Below the pieces are notes generated by a model, which was not told where the DNA came from, made no database searches, and saw only the letters and a program-made list of their open reading frames with translations. The translations under genes were made by a program, and so were the position numbers. DNA of 64,000 bases, taken from NCBI GenBank assembly GCA_012295275.1, contig CM022666.1:620001-684000 (forward strand), written 5' to 3'. Of the stretch, positions 14,480-27,325 are shown piece after piece. Numbering within the stretch: the stretch's first letter is position 1; each line of letters starts with the position of its first letter. This DNA is from Chrysomallon squamiferum (Eukaryota > Animalia > Mollusca).

Positions 14480-15910
14480 GTATTATAATAATTGAAACGT
14501 CATTTAAATTGGAACTGAAAATGGCTGTTTTCATTTTGAAGCTGGTATTTAATTTTGAACTGAATTTTAAATTGGTATTTAATTTTTATCTGAATTTTAA
14601 ATTATAATTTCATCTTGAAACCCTTATTTAAATTTAAAATAAAATATATACTACTCAATAATATGAATTAATGAATATAAACTATTTGAAACTGTTATTA
14701 TAAATTTGAAATGAATTTGCCTATATGAAACTGTTATTTCATTCTGAACTGAAATTTTAATTATATAGAATAAAATGCAAAGTTCAGTTTGAAACTGTTA
14801 TTTAAATCTGAATTGAAATTTTTATTATGAAAAGCAAACGGCAGTATTAAAATTTTTGTAAATGCTTCACTGAAAATTATTAAATCTTTACCTACATAGT
14901 CATTATAATCATCATTTTTGACAGAAACAAATTTTAAAATAATTATTATAATAACGTATTTCTGACATACCTTGTAAATAATTATAACTAAGCACTTTTA
15001 ATAATTTGTAAATTTCATTACAAGATATAAATTCTACAAAGAAGTACAAAAAAAAAAAATTACTTTACGATATCTGATAATAAACATTTGTAAATTTCAT
15101 TACAAAACACACACTAAGTTAAAAAAAAAAAATTAAACATTTGTAAACTTCTTAACTATACATAACTATTTTGTAATTTCTAATTTTTTACATTTCCTTA
15201 TGAGATACAATTAACGAGATAATCGTGTACTGTAAATTTCTGCCCGTGACGTCACTCAAGTTAGATATAAGCACTTGTAAATCTCGAGTCAAGACATAGT
15301 CCATTTATAGTGAAGAACTGATATTTTCTTTTAAGACATAAATCACGTTCAAATCAAACACTTGTAAACTTGTTTTTCAACAGAGTTGATTTATAATCAA
15401 GTAGTTATTTAGTTTCCAGACACTGTTGATTTTAAAATCAAGCACTTGTAAAATTTCTAAGTCTTAGCCGATATTACTGTATTGATCAAGTGTTGTAAAA
15501 TTATTTTTGAGACATTGTTGATTTCGTAATCAATTATTTGTACATGTTTTATAGACGTTAAAACAAAAACTTATAAATTTCTTAAGAGGCCTAGCTACAT
15601 TCTGAATAAATATTGTAAATTTCTCTGTGAAAAGTAATCAGTGTTATTGTAACTATGCAGTTTATGAAATAAATTATGTTTTAAAATTTCTTTTTACATG
15701 TAAAATATTCTTTTATTTTGAAACATTGTCGATTAAAATTATCCTTGTGTACTTCTTTCATATTTTTCTTTTCTTTTCTTCATTATTTTTAGTTTTTTGT
15801 TTCTGGAGATAAATTCGATTTTAAAATAAATATTAACATTTTATATTGAAGCATAGTCATAGATATCAAACAGATATACTTGTAAAATATTTTCAAAGTT
15901 GATTTCGAAA
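14480..15910. repeat. Highly degenerate AT-rich tandem repeats (two motif families)
   Basis: Recurrent TGAAACTGTTATTT..A.TTGAA (14480-14870) and recurrent CACTTGTAAA.TTTC...AGACA..GTTGATTT..AATCAAG (14960-15910). Confidence 0.5.
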
Positions 15911-15934
15911 TCTGTTTAACTATATTTTAATTTA

Positions 15935-15994
<60 letters not shown>

Positions 15995-16374
15995 GAAACA
16001 CTGACATTGTCAAACAGTGCACATATAAAAAAAAAAATTGAGACAAAATAGGATTTAAAATTCATTAAAATACTTTTTACCTTTTATTATTTAAAAAAAT
16101 AATAATAATAGTAGTAGTAGTAATAATAATAAATTCTGAGAACTTTGTCCGTTTTAAAACACGTAAATAATTTCAATAATATTACACAATAATAATAATA
16201 ACGTAACATTCTACTGAGATCGGGTGTATTCAAGCATTATAACGACGTGAGCCAAGTTACTCGGTTGACACGCTATTAGTGTGTTTCTGCTTGCAAAGCT
16301 AACATAAGTATCTATAACAAACGTGTCTTTTACTCTGTCGTATTTTTTTACCTTCGAGTCCCCACGTGGTCTTG

Positions 16375-16380
16375 TTTATT
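16375..16380 (-). terminator. Candidate SoxB2 poly(A) signal
   Basis: TTTATT on + (AATAAA on -) ~730 nt past the stop codon. Alternatives exist further downstream. Confidence 0.25.
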
Positions 16381-17103
16381 TCTGACGTGTCGGACACACG
16401 CACAGTTCAAACACTTTCACCACTGGACACGTAATCGCATTCCGAAGCGTCCGTAGCTTTTGTTTGTCCAGTCCCACAAAGAACGGCGAATTTAAATATT
16501 TTCAAAAGACGAAAATGGCACACATTTTTTTTTTTTTTTTTTTTTTTTAAAGTAAGAAACCAGTGACCCATTTCAGCACGAATGTCATCCATTTCATTCC
16601 CGGGTCAAACTGGGTTTGTACATTTCCAAAAAAAAAACCAGCAGTTAAAATACTTCTACGTATTTCTTAAAAGTGACAATCCTTCTTCTCCTTTTTAAAT
16701 TTGTTTTTAAATTGTTATTATTATAATTTTCTTCGTGTCATTCAAAAGCTTCCTGAGTATTAAAAGATGATGTTTTGTTGTTGTGTTTTTGTTTACCTTC
16801 CACAAGTTGAAGACTTAAAACGACTGAGTCACCATTCACCCATTCACTCGCGTACCCGGCTACTCTATTGTTCACTGCGGGGTGTATCGGATTCTGTTCG
16901 GGTAGCATGTGATGATGACAACGACTACGACGACGTCATCACCATGCAATGTATACAACGAATCCACGTCACCTCTTTTTACACAGCACTAACTCCTTCT
17001 GACAACATCACAACGACAACAACACCATGTCCCACACTAACAATGATAACATCTCTCTTCTTCTTTTTTTTTATAGTTTTTTTTTATAGTTTTTTTTATA
17101 GTT

Positions 17104-17910
17104 TTATATAACAGCCGGGTGTCTGAAATGATCTTCTGGTTTAACGAGAACGTAGGCGACGGGCCTGTGAACGTCCTGCGACGGCATATACGTCGGCGGG
17201 CAACACGGCACCAAGTACTGTCCGGCCAGGCCCGGGTGGGAGTGGGCGGCGGGGGGCAGACTGAGCCCCGCACCGTGGGGGTTGAAGTACGGTGAGTACA
17301 GCGGGTTCGTGGCCAGTTCGTGCGCCCTCAGACTCAGAGCGGCCGAGTCCATCTTCCCCATGCTGGACTCGAGGTGCGGGTACAGCCCGTGGGTGGAGGT
17401 GTGCGGGAAGAAGTTCCTCGACTTGTCGCCGAAACTCATCCCCAAGTCCGGCTGACCGGCGGCCATCGACGCGAAACTGCTGGCCATGCTGGACAGAGCG
17501 CTGGTGTTCATGCCGGGTATCATGGGGATGGGGAAGGCGTACTTGTCCTTCTTCAGCAGCGACTTGGGCTTCCTGCGGGGCCGGTACTTGTAGTCGGGGT
17601 GCTCCTTCATGTGCAGGGCGCGCAGTCGCTTCGCCTCGTCGATGAACGGTCGCTTCTCCTCCTCGTTCAGCAGCTTCCACTCCGCCCCGAGTCGCTTGCT
17701 GATCTCCGAGTTGTGCATCTTCGGGTTCTCCTGCGCCATCTTCCTGCGCTGACCGCGCGACCACACCATGAACGCGTTCATCGGTCGCTTCACGTGGTCG
17801 TTGTTGCTCTTGGGTGACGGCGACAGCGACATGTTGGGCGACGTCATGCTGTTGTCACTCTGCAACGGCGGCGTCATGGAAGTCACGTCCGGCATGGGCT
17901 GAGAAGTCAT
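17104..17910 (-). CDS. SoxB2: SoxB2-class HMG-box transcription factor (Sox14/Sox21-like), single exon, 268 aa
   Basis: The HMG box [44 protein letters not shown]...[15 protein letters not shown] is followed by the B2-type group-B motif [15 protein letters not shown]. The C-terminal YLVPCC and PVAYVL motifs resemble Sox14/21. The first ATG is at 17910 (MTSQPMPDV). The ORF-track extension to 18069 starts at GTG and runs through an (AAG)n/poly-T tract. The CDS is strongly GC-rich relative to its flanks. Confidence 0.96.
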   Translation of the reverse strand: MTSQPMPDVTSMTPPLQSDNSMTSPNMSLSPSPKSNNDHVKRPMNAFMVWSRGQRRKMAQENPKMHNSEISKRLGAEWKLLNEEEKRPFIDEAKRLRALHMKEHPDYKYRPRRKPKSLLKKDKYAFPIPMIPGMNTSALSSMASSFASMAAGQPDLGMSFGDKSRNFFPHTSTHGLYPHLESSMGKMDSAALSLRAHELATNPLYSPYFNPHGAGLSLPPAAHSHPGLAGQYLVPCCPPTYMPSQDVHRPVAYVLVKPEDHFRHPAVI

Positions 17911-18169
17911 ACTCAAGTCCGAGAAGGAAAATCCAGAGAGAAAAAAAAAGAAGAAAAAAGAAACAACTTTTCTTCTTCTTCTCCTACTTCTTCTTCTTCT
18001 ACTTCTTCTTCCTCTTCTTCTTCTCAAAACAGTTAAAAATAAAGAAAACAATGTACGTTTCACCTGCACTCAGACAATAACGACACAATAACCGTTCACA
18101 ACTCGTCCATTAATAAGAAGCAATCGCTGTTCTTTTCCACACACAAGAAAAAGGCGACGACTTTGAAAC

Positions 18170-18480
18170 GCACCACCACGAAAACTGACGCCTTTAAACA
18201 AACGCACGCGGCAAGAGGTGTCGGAAATAACTGCCGTTCCGTCAGACCAAAGATTAGTTTTATCACACCGGAAGAGTCCCGGCATGTCAATCATAGCCCA
18301 ATCAAACACTAATTTCCCATAATCTATTCCTCTTGTCAAACCTCTTTACACCAGCCTCTCGCTAGCCATTATTTAGAATGACTTCGTGGCTTTCCCCAAC
18401 AGACGTCAAAGCTCATTGGTCGAACGCTTTTTGTCGAGAGCTGAAAGCGTAGCCACGCCCCCTGCGAGGTTCGTTTTCGA
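18170..18480 (-). promoter_or_regulatory. Putative SoxB2 proximal promoter
   Basis: CpG-containing unique sequence just 5' of the CDS, with ETS ACCGGAAG (~18267), CCAAT (~18298), CRE-like GACGTCA (~18402), ATTGG (~18415) and Sp/KLF GCCACGCCCC (~18452). Confidence 0.55.
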
Positions 18481-18875
18481 GCTGTTGTTGTCTTATTCCG
18501 CAGAGAATTTCGTTTAAAATAAAAATTAAAAAATTCATCCTGCTGTTTCGTAACACACGTAAGATTGTTAAATACTACTTTTAATTAGATTACATAATTT
18601 CAGCTTATTTCTTTTAGTATAAATTTTAGTATTTTTTATTTTTGTCGCTGTTGCATTTTTTTTTTTTTTTTTTTTTTTTTCAAAACCTGTAACAAACTCG
18701 CGATGTGTCAATCAAATTTTCTCTGTAAACGCCCACTTTAATCGCGACCAGTCGTGTGGGTTTCCCATATCGCGTGTTGACATTTACAACTCTATATTCT
18801 GTTCTCGTTCACAGAGTTAAGTGATGTTAAATAGAAAGAGTTTTTCTACATTTCTATTTAATTCCTGGTCTAACC

Positions 18876-18909
<34 letters not shown>

Positions 18910-19775
18910 TATTATTATTTTTTTTTTTTTTTTAAAGAAAACGATTATAATATTATAACAATAAAATATATATATATATATTAACCTAAAGATGTTTTTT
19001 CATTTCTCAACAGTTTGTGGTTAATTTTTATTAAAATGTTACTGAATTGATTCCTTTATTTTGTTTTCCGCGTCAAAATGCGCGTGCTCACGTGCATCCC
19101 AAGAGTATTGCGCGCGTTAAATATGGTCCTTTTTATCAGATTTTCGACATAATCTGCGATCGCATTTTAATTAGGGGATGTTTTTTTTTTTTTTTTTTTT
19201 TTTCACAGCTGAGATGATCCGAGAAATCTGGCTATCTGAAATAAATAATTAATTTTCCAGCCAGCTTTTCATTGGTTGTTTTATTACGTAATTAAATCTG
19301 CACGTTAAAAACTGGTTTCATCGTTTCAGTGTACACAGACAAAAAGAGAGGAGTTTAAGGAACTGAAGTTAAATTCACTGAAGTGTTTTGATAAACACGC
19401 GAGAAAGACAGAGAAGAGAAAAGAGATTTTATCTTATTTTCATTTTAATACGTCCATTTATTTCATTCTTCCTTCGTTTATATTTGTATTTATATTTATA
19501 TATATATATGTAATTTACTTCCTTGCTTGCGTACCTTTTTTGTTTATTAAGTTTTATATTTGTGTGTGTTTGTATTTTTTATGTATGTATGTGTTGCTAT
19601 TATTATTGTTGTTGTTGTTGTTGTTGATGTTGTTTTCGCGGTTGTTGCTTATTTGCTTTATATATTACTTTTAACGGTGAAAACAGGTTTGTTATGCTAA
19701 TTATATAATTTTATTTTATCATTAACTTCACCTTTAATTACAATTTCGTTTAGTTTTATTTCAAATAAATACTTT

Positions 19776-19818
19776 TATTTTTTTTTTTTTTTTTTTATTT
19801 TTTTTTTATTTTTATTTT

Positions 19819-19868
<50 letters not shown>

Positions 19869-19960
19869 CTTTTATTTTTCACTTTTTTTTTTTTTTTTTT
19901 TTCTTTTTTTTTCAGTTTTTCTTTTTTTTGGTTTTTTTTTTTTTTTTTTTTTTTTTATGG
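19776..19960. repeat. Long poly-T / low-complexity tract
   Basis: Direct reading. Confidence 0.95.
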
Positions 19961-20459
19961 TTTTGTTATTTTGTGTTTTTTGTTTTATTTTTGTTTGCCT
20001 TTTCATTTTTTCAATTTTATTTCATTTAATATTGCGTCTAAATAAACAAAGTACATACTACTATCAGTATTTTAAGGTCAAACTGTGTTTGTTTTAAAGT
20101 AAAAAACACAAAAGCAACCTAAATGACATTGAAAAGTTACACTACAACGCAATAGATCTAGGCTTTGTCTTTGATGGACAATAAATTTATGTAAAAAAAA
20201 AAAAAAAAAAAAAATTGAGATATGAGAAAAACAAAAGAAAATAAAACATCTAAAGAAAACTGAAACATAAAATTTATATTTGTATATATCTAAATAAAAA
20301 AAAAATAAAAAAAGGACAAGAAATGATAAAATGCAGGATAGTGTTTCCAGGAAAGACTGCTTCAGATAAAACAAACTGGAATAAAAACAACATAAATCAA
20401 TAAGCATAAAGAATAATACATGCATTCATACATGCAAACAAACAAACACATACACATTT

Positions 20460-20524
<65 letters not shown>

Positions 20525-20873
20525 GAAAAACTAATCTATAATTTACAATAAGCCAGTATTATTTCTGTATCTAAACAGCAGTTATCTCATAGATTCCTTT
20601 ATTCATCGGAAATCAATATCCATTTGGAAAGAAATGAAGTTATTCAAACGAAAACCGAAAACGTACATCGCTTTGTTTTCTTGCACAAATACATTTCTGT
20701 ATCATGACGGTTTCACTTCATTCGCAGAAGCAATTTAATTTAATAAAAACGAAAACCGAGTTGAATTATTAAACACTATAGCGAAGAGATGTATGGTGCC
20801 ACAAAGAACTATTGTCTTCTTTAGTACGATGTCATTGTAAAAGAAATAAACGATACTTTACTTAACTACACAT

Positions 20874-20920
<47 letters not shown>

Positions 20921-21764
20921 GAGAGAGATAGAGAGAGGGATGGAGAGATATAGAGAGAGACAGAGACAGGTAAATATTCAGATATACAAACAGACGGATA
21001 GATAGACAGATAGATGCATACATATATATATATATATACATACATACATTCATACATACATACATACATACATAAACACACACACACATACATACATACA
21101 TACATACATACACACATATACATACATACATACACACACACACACATACATACATACATACACACACACATACATAGACAGATACATAAATAAACACACA
21201 CAAGTGAGTGTTTGTATTAATGCCAAGGAGCAGAAACACAAATAGACAGACAGAGAGAGAGAGAGAAATACACACAAACACTAACGTTTTTGTTTCGTAC
21301 TATAGATTACTCTGAATAATAGAACTTGATAGGCAAACAAGTCCTGTACAAACGAAGGATGAATTCTTCTTGTATTGTGTTTTCTATTTATGTCGGATCT
21401 CTGCCTCGCTCCATCATTCCTTTTGTACTGCTTATTAATGTTTAATATATTCTCATTTTCTATTTCTACTGAGTCCTTTGTTGCACGTTGATAACATTGT
21501 CTGAAAAAAGAATAACCAATACAGTAGCAATTTAACTATACCTATGCGTTAGTCAACAAAAGGTTTTATCCTAGACTTTCTGCGTGTTATTGCTGTTTTA
21601 ATTATTCTGTATTGTTTATCGCCACGATTCGGAACATTACGATTATGATCGTGAATTTCCGGAAGCAATGAAATGAAATACGTGAAGTTTCCGAAGTATG
21701 CTTATAAATAATTTAAATTTGTTTCTGAGAACTATGTTTCTCTGATGACACTGTTTGACTTTGT

Positions 21765-21862
<98 letters not shown>

Positions 21863-22165
21863 ACACACACACACACCTGTAAGTGATGTAAAATAAATGT
21901 ATCCCTATAATCATATCGACCTGTACTTTAATGAATGCAAGTATGTGTATAAATCTACCTATGTATAAACATATGTATGTTTGAATATACAAAAAATCAT
22001 GTATGTTTGAATATACAACATTTTCAATCAGTATATGTGTGTGTCTGTATATATATATAGTTAATGTACATACAAACAAGTATATATATATATACACATA
22101 TACATATATATATATCCATATATATATGCACATATATATATATTTATATATATATATATATATAG

Positions 22166-22207
<42 letters not shown>

Positions 22208-22217
22208 TCATGCATAC

Positions 22218-22251
<34 letters not shown>

Positions 22252-22302
22252 ACACACATATACACATATTCACGCACGACACTAATTCCCATATCTTCCC
22301 CC

Positions 22303-22348
<46 letters not shown>

Positions 22349-22493
22349 TACAAACAAACATTCAGACCACCTCTCAACAGATTCAAACTCTTTAAGATTT
22401 CCACAACATGTTGCTTCATCGCCCATCGTCTCGCGAACTCTTCCATTTCGTGTCTGTCACTGGCAAAAACGCTGTGGGCAACAAGACCAGCAC

Positions 22494-22494
<1 letters not shown>

Positions 22495-22564
<70 letters not shown>

Positions 22565-22566
22565 AC
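22495..22566. repeat. (CA)n microsatellite
   Basis: Direct reading. Confidence 0.97.
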
Positions 22567-22689
22567 AGACTTTATTAACATCGCAACAAAACAGCTTTCC
22601 CCTCTCCGCTTCTGGCCTCAGCGGGCTCGACTCAAGAACAGTGCGGTGAACGCGCAGTTATAGATTTTAATAATACCTCATTTAACCAG

Positions 22690-22930
22690 CGCACAAAGCG
22701 ACACAAAGCGACACAAAGGCGACGTCTTTGCGACGCATCAAACGAGTCGAATGGTTTCACTATCAGATGCAGGCGAACGCCGTCGCGGCCTTTGTTGGCG
22801 GCAACAGTCTTTGTCGCCGCATTGTTTGCCGCATTGTCCGAGCCTACCTGGACAACAGCTGTAACAGACTGTTAGCAGCGCCACCTACAATTGCGCGAGG
22901 CTGCACTTCCCCCGTGTAATTGACGTCGCG
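22690..22930. promoter_or_regulatory. Homotypic Sox-site cluster, candidate SoxB2 enhancer
   Basis: Seven Sox core sites within 150 bp, two E-boxes and a CTCF-like motif in a GC-rich island. Confidence 0.55.
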
Positions 22931-24049
22931 TGAACGTACGCGCCAGAATACACCTTTTGTTGTCGTTTTTGTTAATTTGTCACAAACGCGAGTCCAATGT
23001 CAAGATTTTCTGTTATTGCGCTCTTTTCTTTCCTGCTTTCTTTTTTTTTAATAAGTATCCATTCGCTGAAACAAAACAAAAAAAAAAGACACGGGGATCA
23101 GATATTTGAGAAACTTGATCGTTTTTATGAAAGCTTCAGTTTTTTTCTTTTCGTTTCTGGGTTGTTTTTTTTTTTTTGGTTCTGTTTGACAGCTATTAAA
23201 ATGATTAAGGGAGAAAAAAAAAATTTAAATAGTTTTCATTTAGCAACACTCAGACCTTCGGCGTATAACTTTCTGATGAGAATACAGGGTCTTCCTTTCA
23301 GATCATTCAAATAAAAAAACATAATACACAATTTGTAAAAGATATTTTAAACTGTTTACTAATTGTTTCGTTTGGGTGTCAAAACTATCAGGAAATTCTG
23401 AATAGTCTCGGTAATCTCGTATCGCTGCTATTTGTTGGTAAGTTGATCCCTCCTAATTTGCAAGAGCATCAACTATCATTTGATAAAAAAACGAGAATAC
23501 AGGAAAACATAAAGCTGGGGGTATACTAGGGTTATTACAATTCACATAAGCTAAAAATAAAGTTTGTCTCAGATCAGAACAAATCTTTATATTTCCTTTT
23601 CCTTGCCGTCTTCATTACCCTCATCATCATCATCATTATTATTATGACTAACATTTTAAATTTTGTAAGTAATTTTTAAGTAGAAATAATAATTCATTTA
23701 ATTTTGTTCTGCCATGCATGTTCATCAAAGTGTTTGTGTGGGGGGGGTCATAGTAAGTTATTTTAATTCATATCTGAAATAGTACTGCTGTATTATATGA
23801 CTACCTGGAGTAACTGGAAAAGCGTGAGAATGATAGTAAAATACACAACTTTAATGTATGATGACTAATATGGTAATAAAGTCCAAAATGATTTAAAATT
23901 AGATTTCAATATTGAATTTTAATGATGATGATCACATTGACGATGATGATGATGATGATGATGATGAGTTCCTGTTATTATTAATAGTTAAACATGGACG
24001 GAAATAGCTTTCTGTTCATTACTTCTACTACAACTACTACTACTACTAT

Positions 24050-24081
<32 letters not shown>

Positions 24082-26164
24082 TATACACTGTTACTCTCAC
24101 TACAGCTGCCACGTCTCCACATAATGTATGACTAGTCTTGCTACCGTAGATGATGTTGCTGTCGTCATCGTCGTTTTTAACGTTGCTAAGTATTCTAAAT
24201 GCTTATAACTGAAATCTGCCAGTTTTTCCAGACTTCGTGACTATAAAAACATTTCTCTTGAAGCTACATTCTGAAAAAACAAACCAAAAAAAAGCATCAC
24301 ATTGCCTTTACAAACTTCAGGATGTAACATTACAATAGGCATTCTAGATGATATTACAACCTGACATCTCCTTTGTTTATTTCATACAGATTTTTTATTT
24401 TTTATTTTTTTATATATTTTTTTAAATATATAATTGTTTAGTTTTATAGGAGCTAAAAAAAAACACACAAAAATATCCAAAAGCAACACGCACAACTGAT
24501 CATATATATGTATATATCAATGTATTACATAGAAATCTGAGTAGTTTTATTGCCAAGAACAAAGACAGTGATTAAATCAGTCACTTTACAAAACTGCATA
24601 ATCCGATATTGCAGACAGACAAAAATGACACTTGTGAAAAAAAGAGGGGAAATTCAGATGAATCCGATTACGGAGGAAAATGTTCAGTTTACGAAAAACA
24701 CGCTGGCGCAATGTCACTCAATAAAGCGAAATGTTTTGTTGTAGAAACACAAAAAAAGATTATATTTCTGTAGTGGAAAAGGTTAAGTTTTTTTGTTTGT
24801 TTTTTTTTTACATTTTTTTTTTATTGTTACTTCTCTTGTTTGTTTGTTTCTTGTTTTGTTGTTGTTACATTTGTATGGTTTATTTTGTTCTTTCTTTTTT
24901 TTAATTATTTTTAATTTTTTAAAAATAAAAAATGTTTTATTGTGATTGTTAATTTATTTCATTATTATTTTAATTTTAATTTTCTTTTTTGTTATTGGTT
25001 TTAATTTTTTTTTTTTTTTTTTTTTTTTTTTATTTAGTTTTTATTTAATTTCGTTTTTGTTGTTTGTTTGTTTCGTGTGGTTTTTTTTGTTCTTTCTTGT
25101 GTTTTTTTTTTTTTTTTTGTTTTTTCTTGTTGTGTTTGTGTTTGTGTTATTCGGGATGGTTAGTAGAACTAAATTGGGTTTAACGGATGGTTTTTCGTAA
25201 ATTTATAAAATAAACATATAATAAATAAATAATTGTGAATTTTCTGTGTGTGTCTGTGTGTATGTTTTGTATGCATACAGAACATTTCTATTAAATATTT
25301 AATAAACAAAATCCATCATTACTGATTATTTCAAAAATGAAAATAGTGTCAACACCTTTTCCACTAAAATCATTTCCTGAAGGTAAAAGAACCTAGTGAT
25401 ATCAAACTTTTGAAAAATTCATTGATTTAATTATGATTTTTAAAGTACAACAGACATTTTATAGAAGTTAAAAAAGAAAAATAATTTTAAAAAGAAAAAG
25501 AAAGAAAGAAAAAAAAAAAAAACAGAAGATAAAATGAATATATATTTTATTCTATTGAAATAAGAATTCTTTTAATTTACATATATACAGTATACACGAA
25601 CTTTTTTTCCTTTTTAATTCAGCTATTTAAAATGATATTTTTTTCATATAAGTAAATACAATAAAATCTTAAATGTGATCTCGTCCTCTTCTTTATCTTT
25701 TGAATTCAAGACGTAAAGCACGTAAATAAAAATATATATTTTTTAATTCTTCTTCTTCTTTTTTTAAATTCACGTAATACAAGAGGTTTCTTTTCAAACA
25801 AGTAAATACAATAAAAACAACTTTATTCTCTGTGTGTGGGGTTTTTTTTTAAACTCCTGTAAGTAAGCAGTATTTTCCACTTGCATGCACTAATCCACGT
25901 TCTCAACGTCCATTGCAGCTTGTAAATCAGCGGTGAAGACGACGTTGTTTCTGCCGAGTGTTTCAGTATTTAGAACCCGTTTCAACCATTGTTACACTTC
26001 GAATGCCTCTTGTGTCCCGCAGTACACGGAGCTTGTCAGATATCGGACCCAACAACCGCTTCTCAAGAGTAATTCGTCTTCCCATCATGCACTTGGCTGA
26101 TAATCTTCCGTTTTTCTCTTTAAACAATTTGAGAAAAAAAGGAGGAGGGTAAAAAAAAAAAAAA

Positions 26165-26200
<36 letters not shown>

Positions 26201-26718
26201 AAAAGTGATGTTTGAGATCTCACGTCGACTGATAGCAAGTCGTTGACAGCCATATTTATTATAGTTGAAGGCGTATCAGTGGGAAAAAGAACGAGCTACT
26301 GTCGGCTGCGCGGTGCAAAGGACTGGGTAATATTCGTGGCAGTTTTTGACACTTGCTCCCGTTTATTGCTTAATAATGTCATGATTTGTGTCCCCTTGGC
26401 TCGCGCAGACATTTCTCTCGAGTGGTGGCGCCTAATCATTTGGAGAGAATGTTTGATTTGACAGCGGTGGAAAAAATGAAGAGACTTTAACTTCATTGTT
26501 TCGAATTAAAACACACTAAGAGAGGCGCTATAAATTGCTTACACCGCTTCTTGTAAGTTTGTCTTTTGAGAGCTGCGGTCTGATTACTTCTCAGTGTATT
26601 TATTGCTTGTTAATGTTACGTCTCTATCTGTTTGCAATGTCGTTGTGTGTGTTTTTTTTTTTACTTCAGCAGTTTTGAAACTGTTTGTGCGTCTGTCTTC
26701 GTTGGTGGCTTTTAATTA

Positions 26719-26795
<77 letters not shown>

Positions 26796-27259
26796 CTATC
26801 TAACCCTATTATATTATTATATATATATTTATTTATTTTCTACTTGATGAAACGTCCCTCTACGAAATTCTGGATCCGCCGTTACACTAACCGAAACGAA
26901 TTTCCATTCATGACAAAAGTAATAATAACACAGATAACACGGTTCTGTAGATCAGATATTCATGAAACGCAAGTCTACGTCACAGAACCAGACATCGCCA
27001 GAAACTGAACTTATGACAATAGGTAATGAACCAATCACGACATTCGTTTCATTTTTCAGTTTTTATTGTTCGCTGGCTGAACAGAATTTTAACAACAGCG
27101 GTGACTGGATCATACTGAACCACAGAAATTAAGGCACAGAGGAATATTGGTTATTATTTAACGGCAGAGTATTCGATACAGTCTGTGATGGATGTCATGA
27201 AAATTTGAAATTAACGAATAACTATTTTCTCTTTTTTATTTTTATTTTGTTATTTTTTT

Positions 27260-27325
<66 letters not shown>

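Noticed and set aside
17037-18080. Overlapping alternative-frame and antisense ORFs (207, 165, 117, 88 and 78 aa)
   Set aside because: Shadow ORFs caused by the high GC content of the SoxB2 CDS.
17911-18339. N-terminal Arg-rich extension of SoxB2 from GTG 18069, and in-frame readthrough from ORF 18070-18339 across one TGA
   Set aside because: Non-ATG starts, a translated (AAG)n/poly-T tract, no similarity to Sox proteins, and overlap with promoter motifs. Best read as 5'UTR and promoter.
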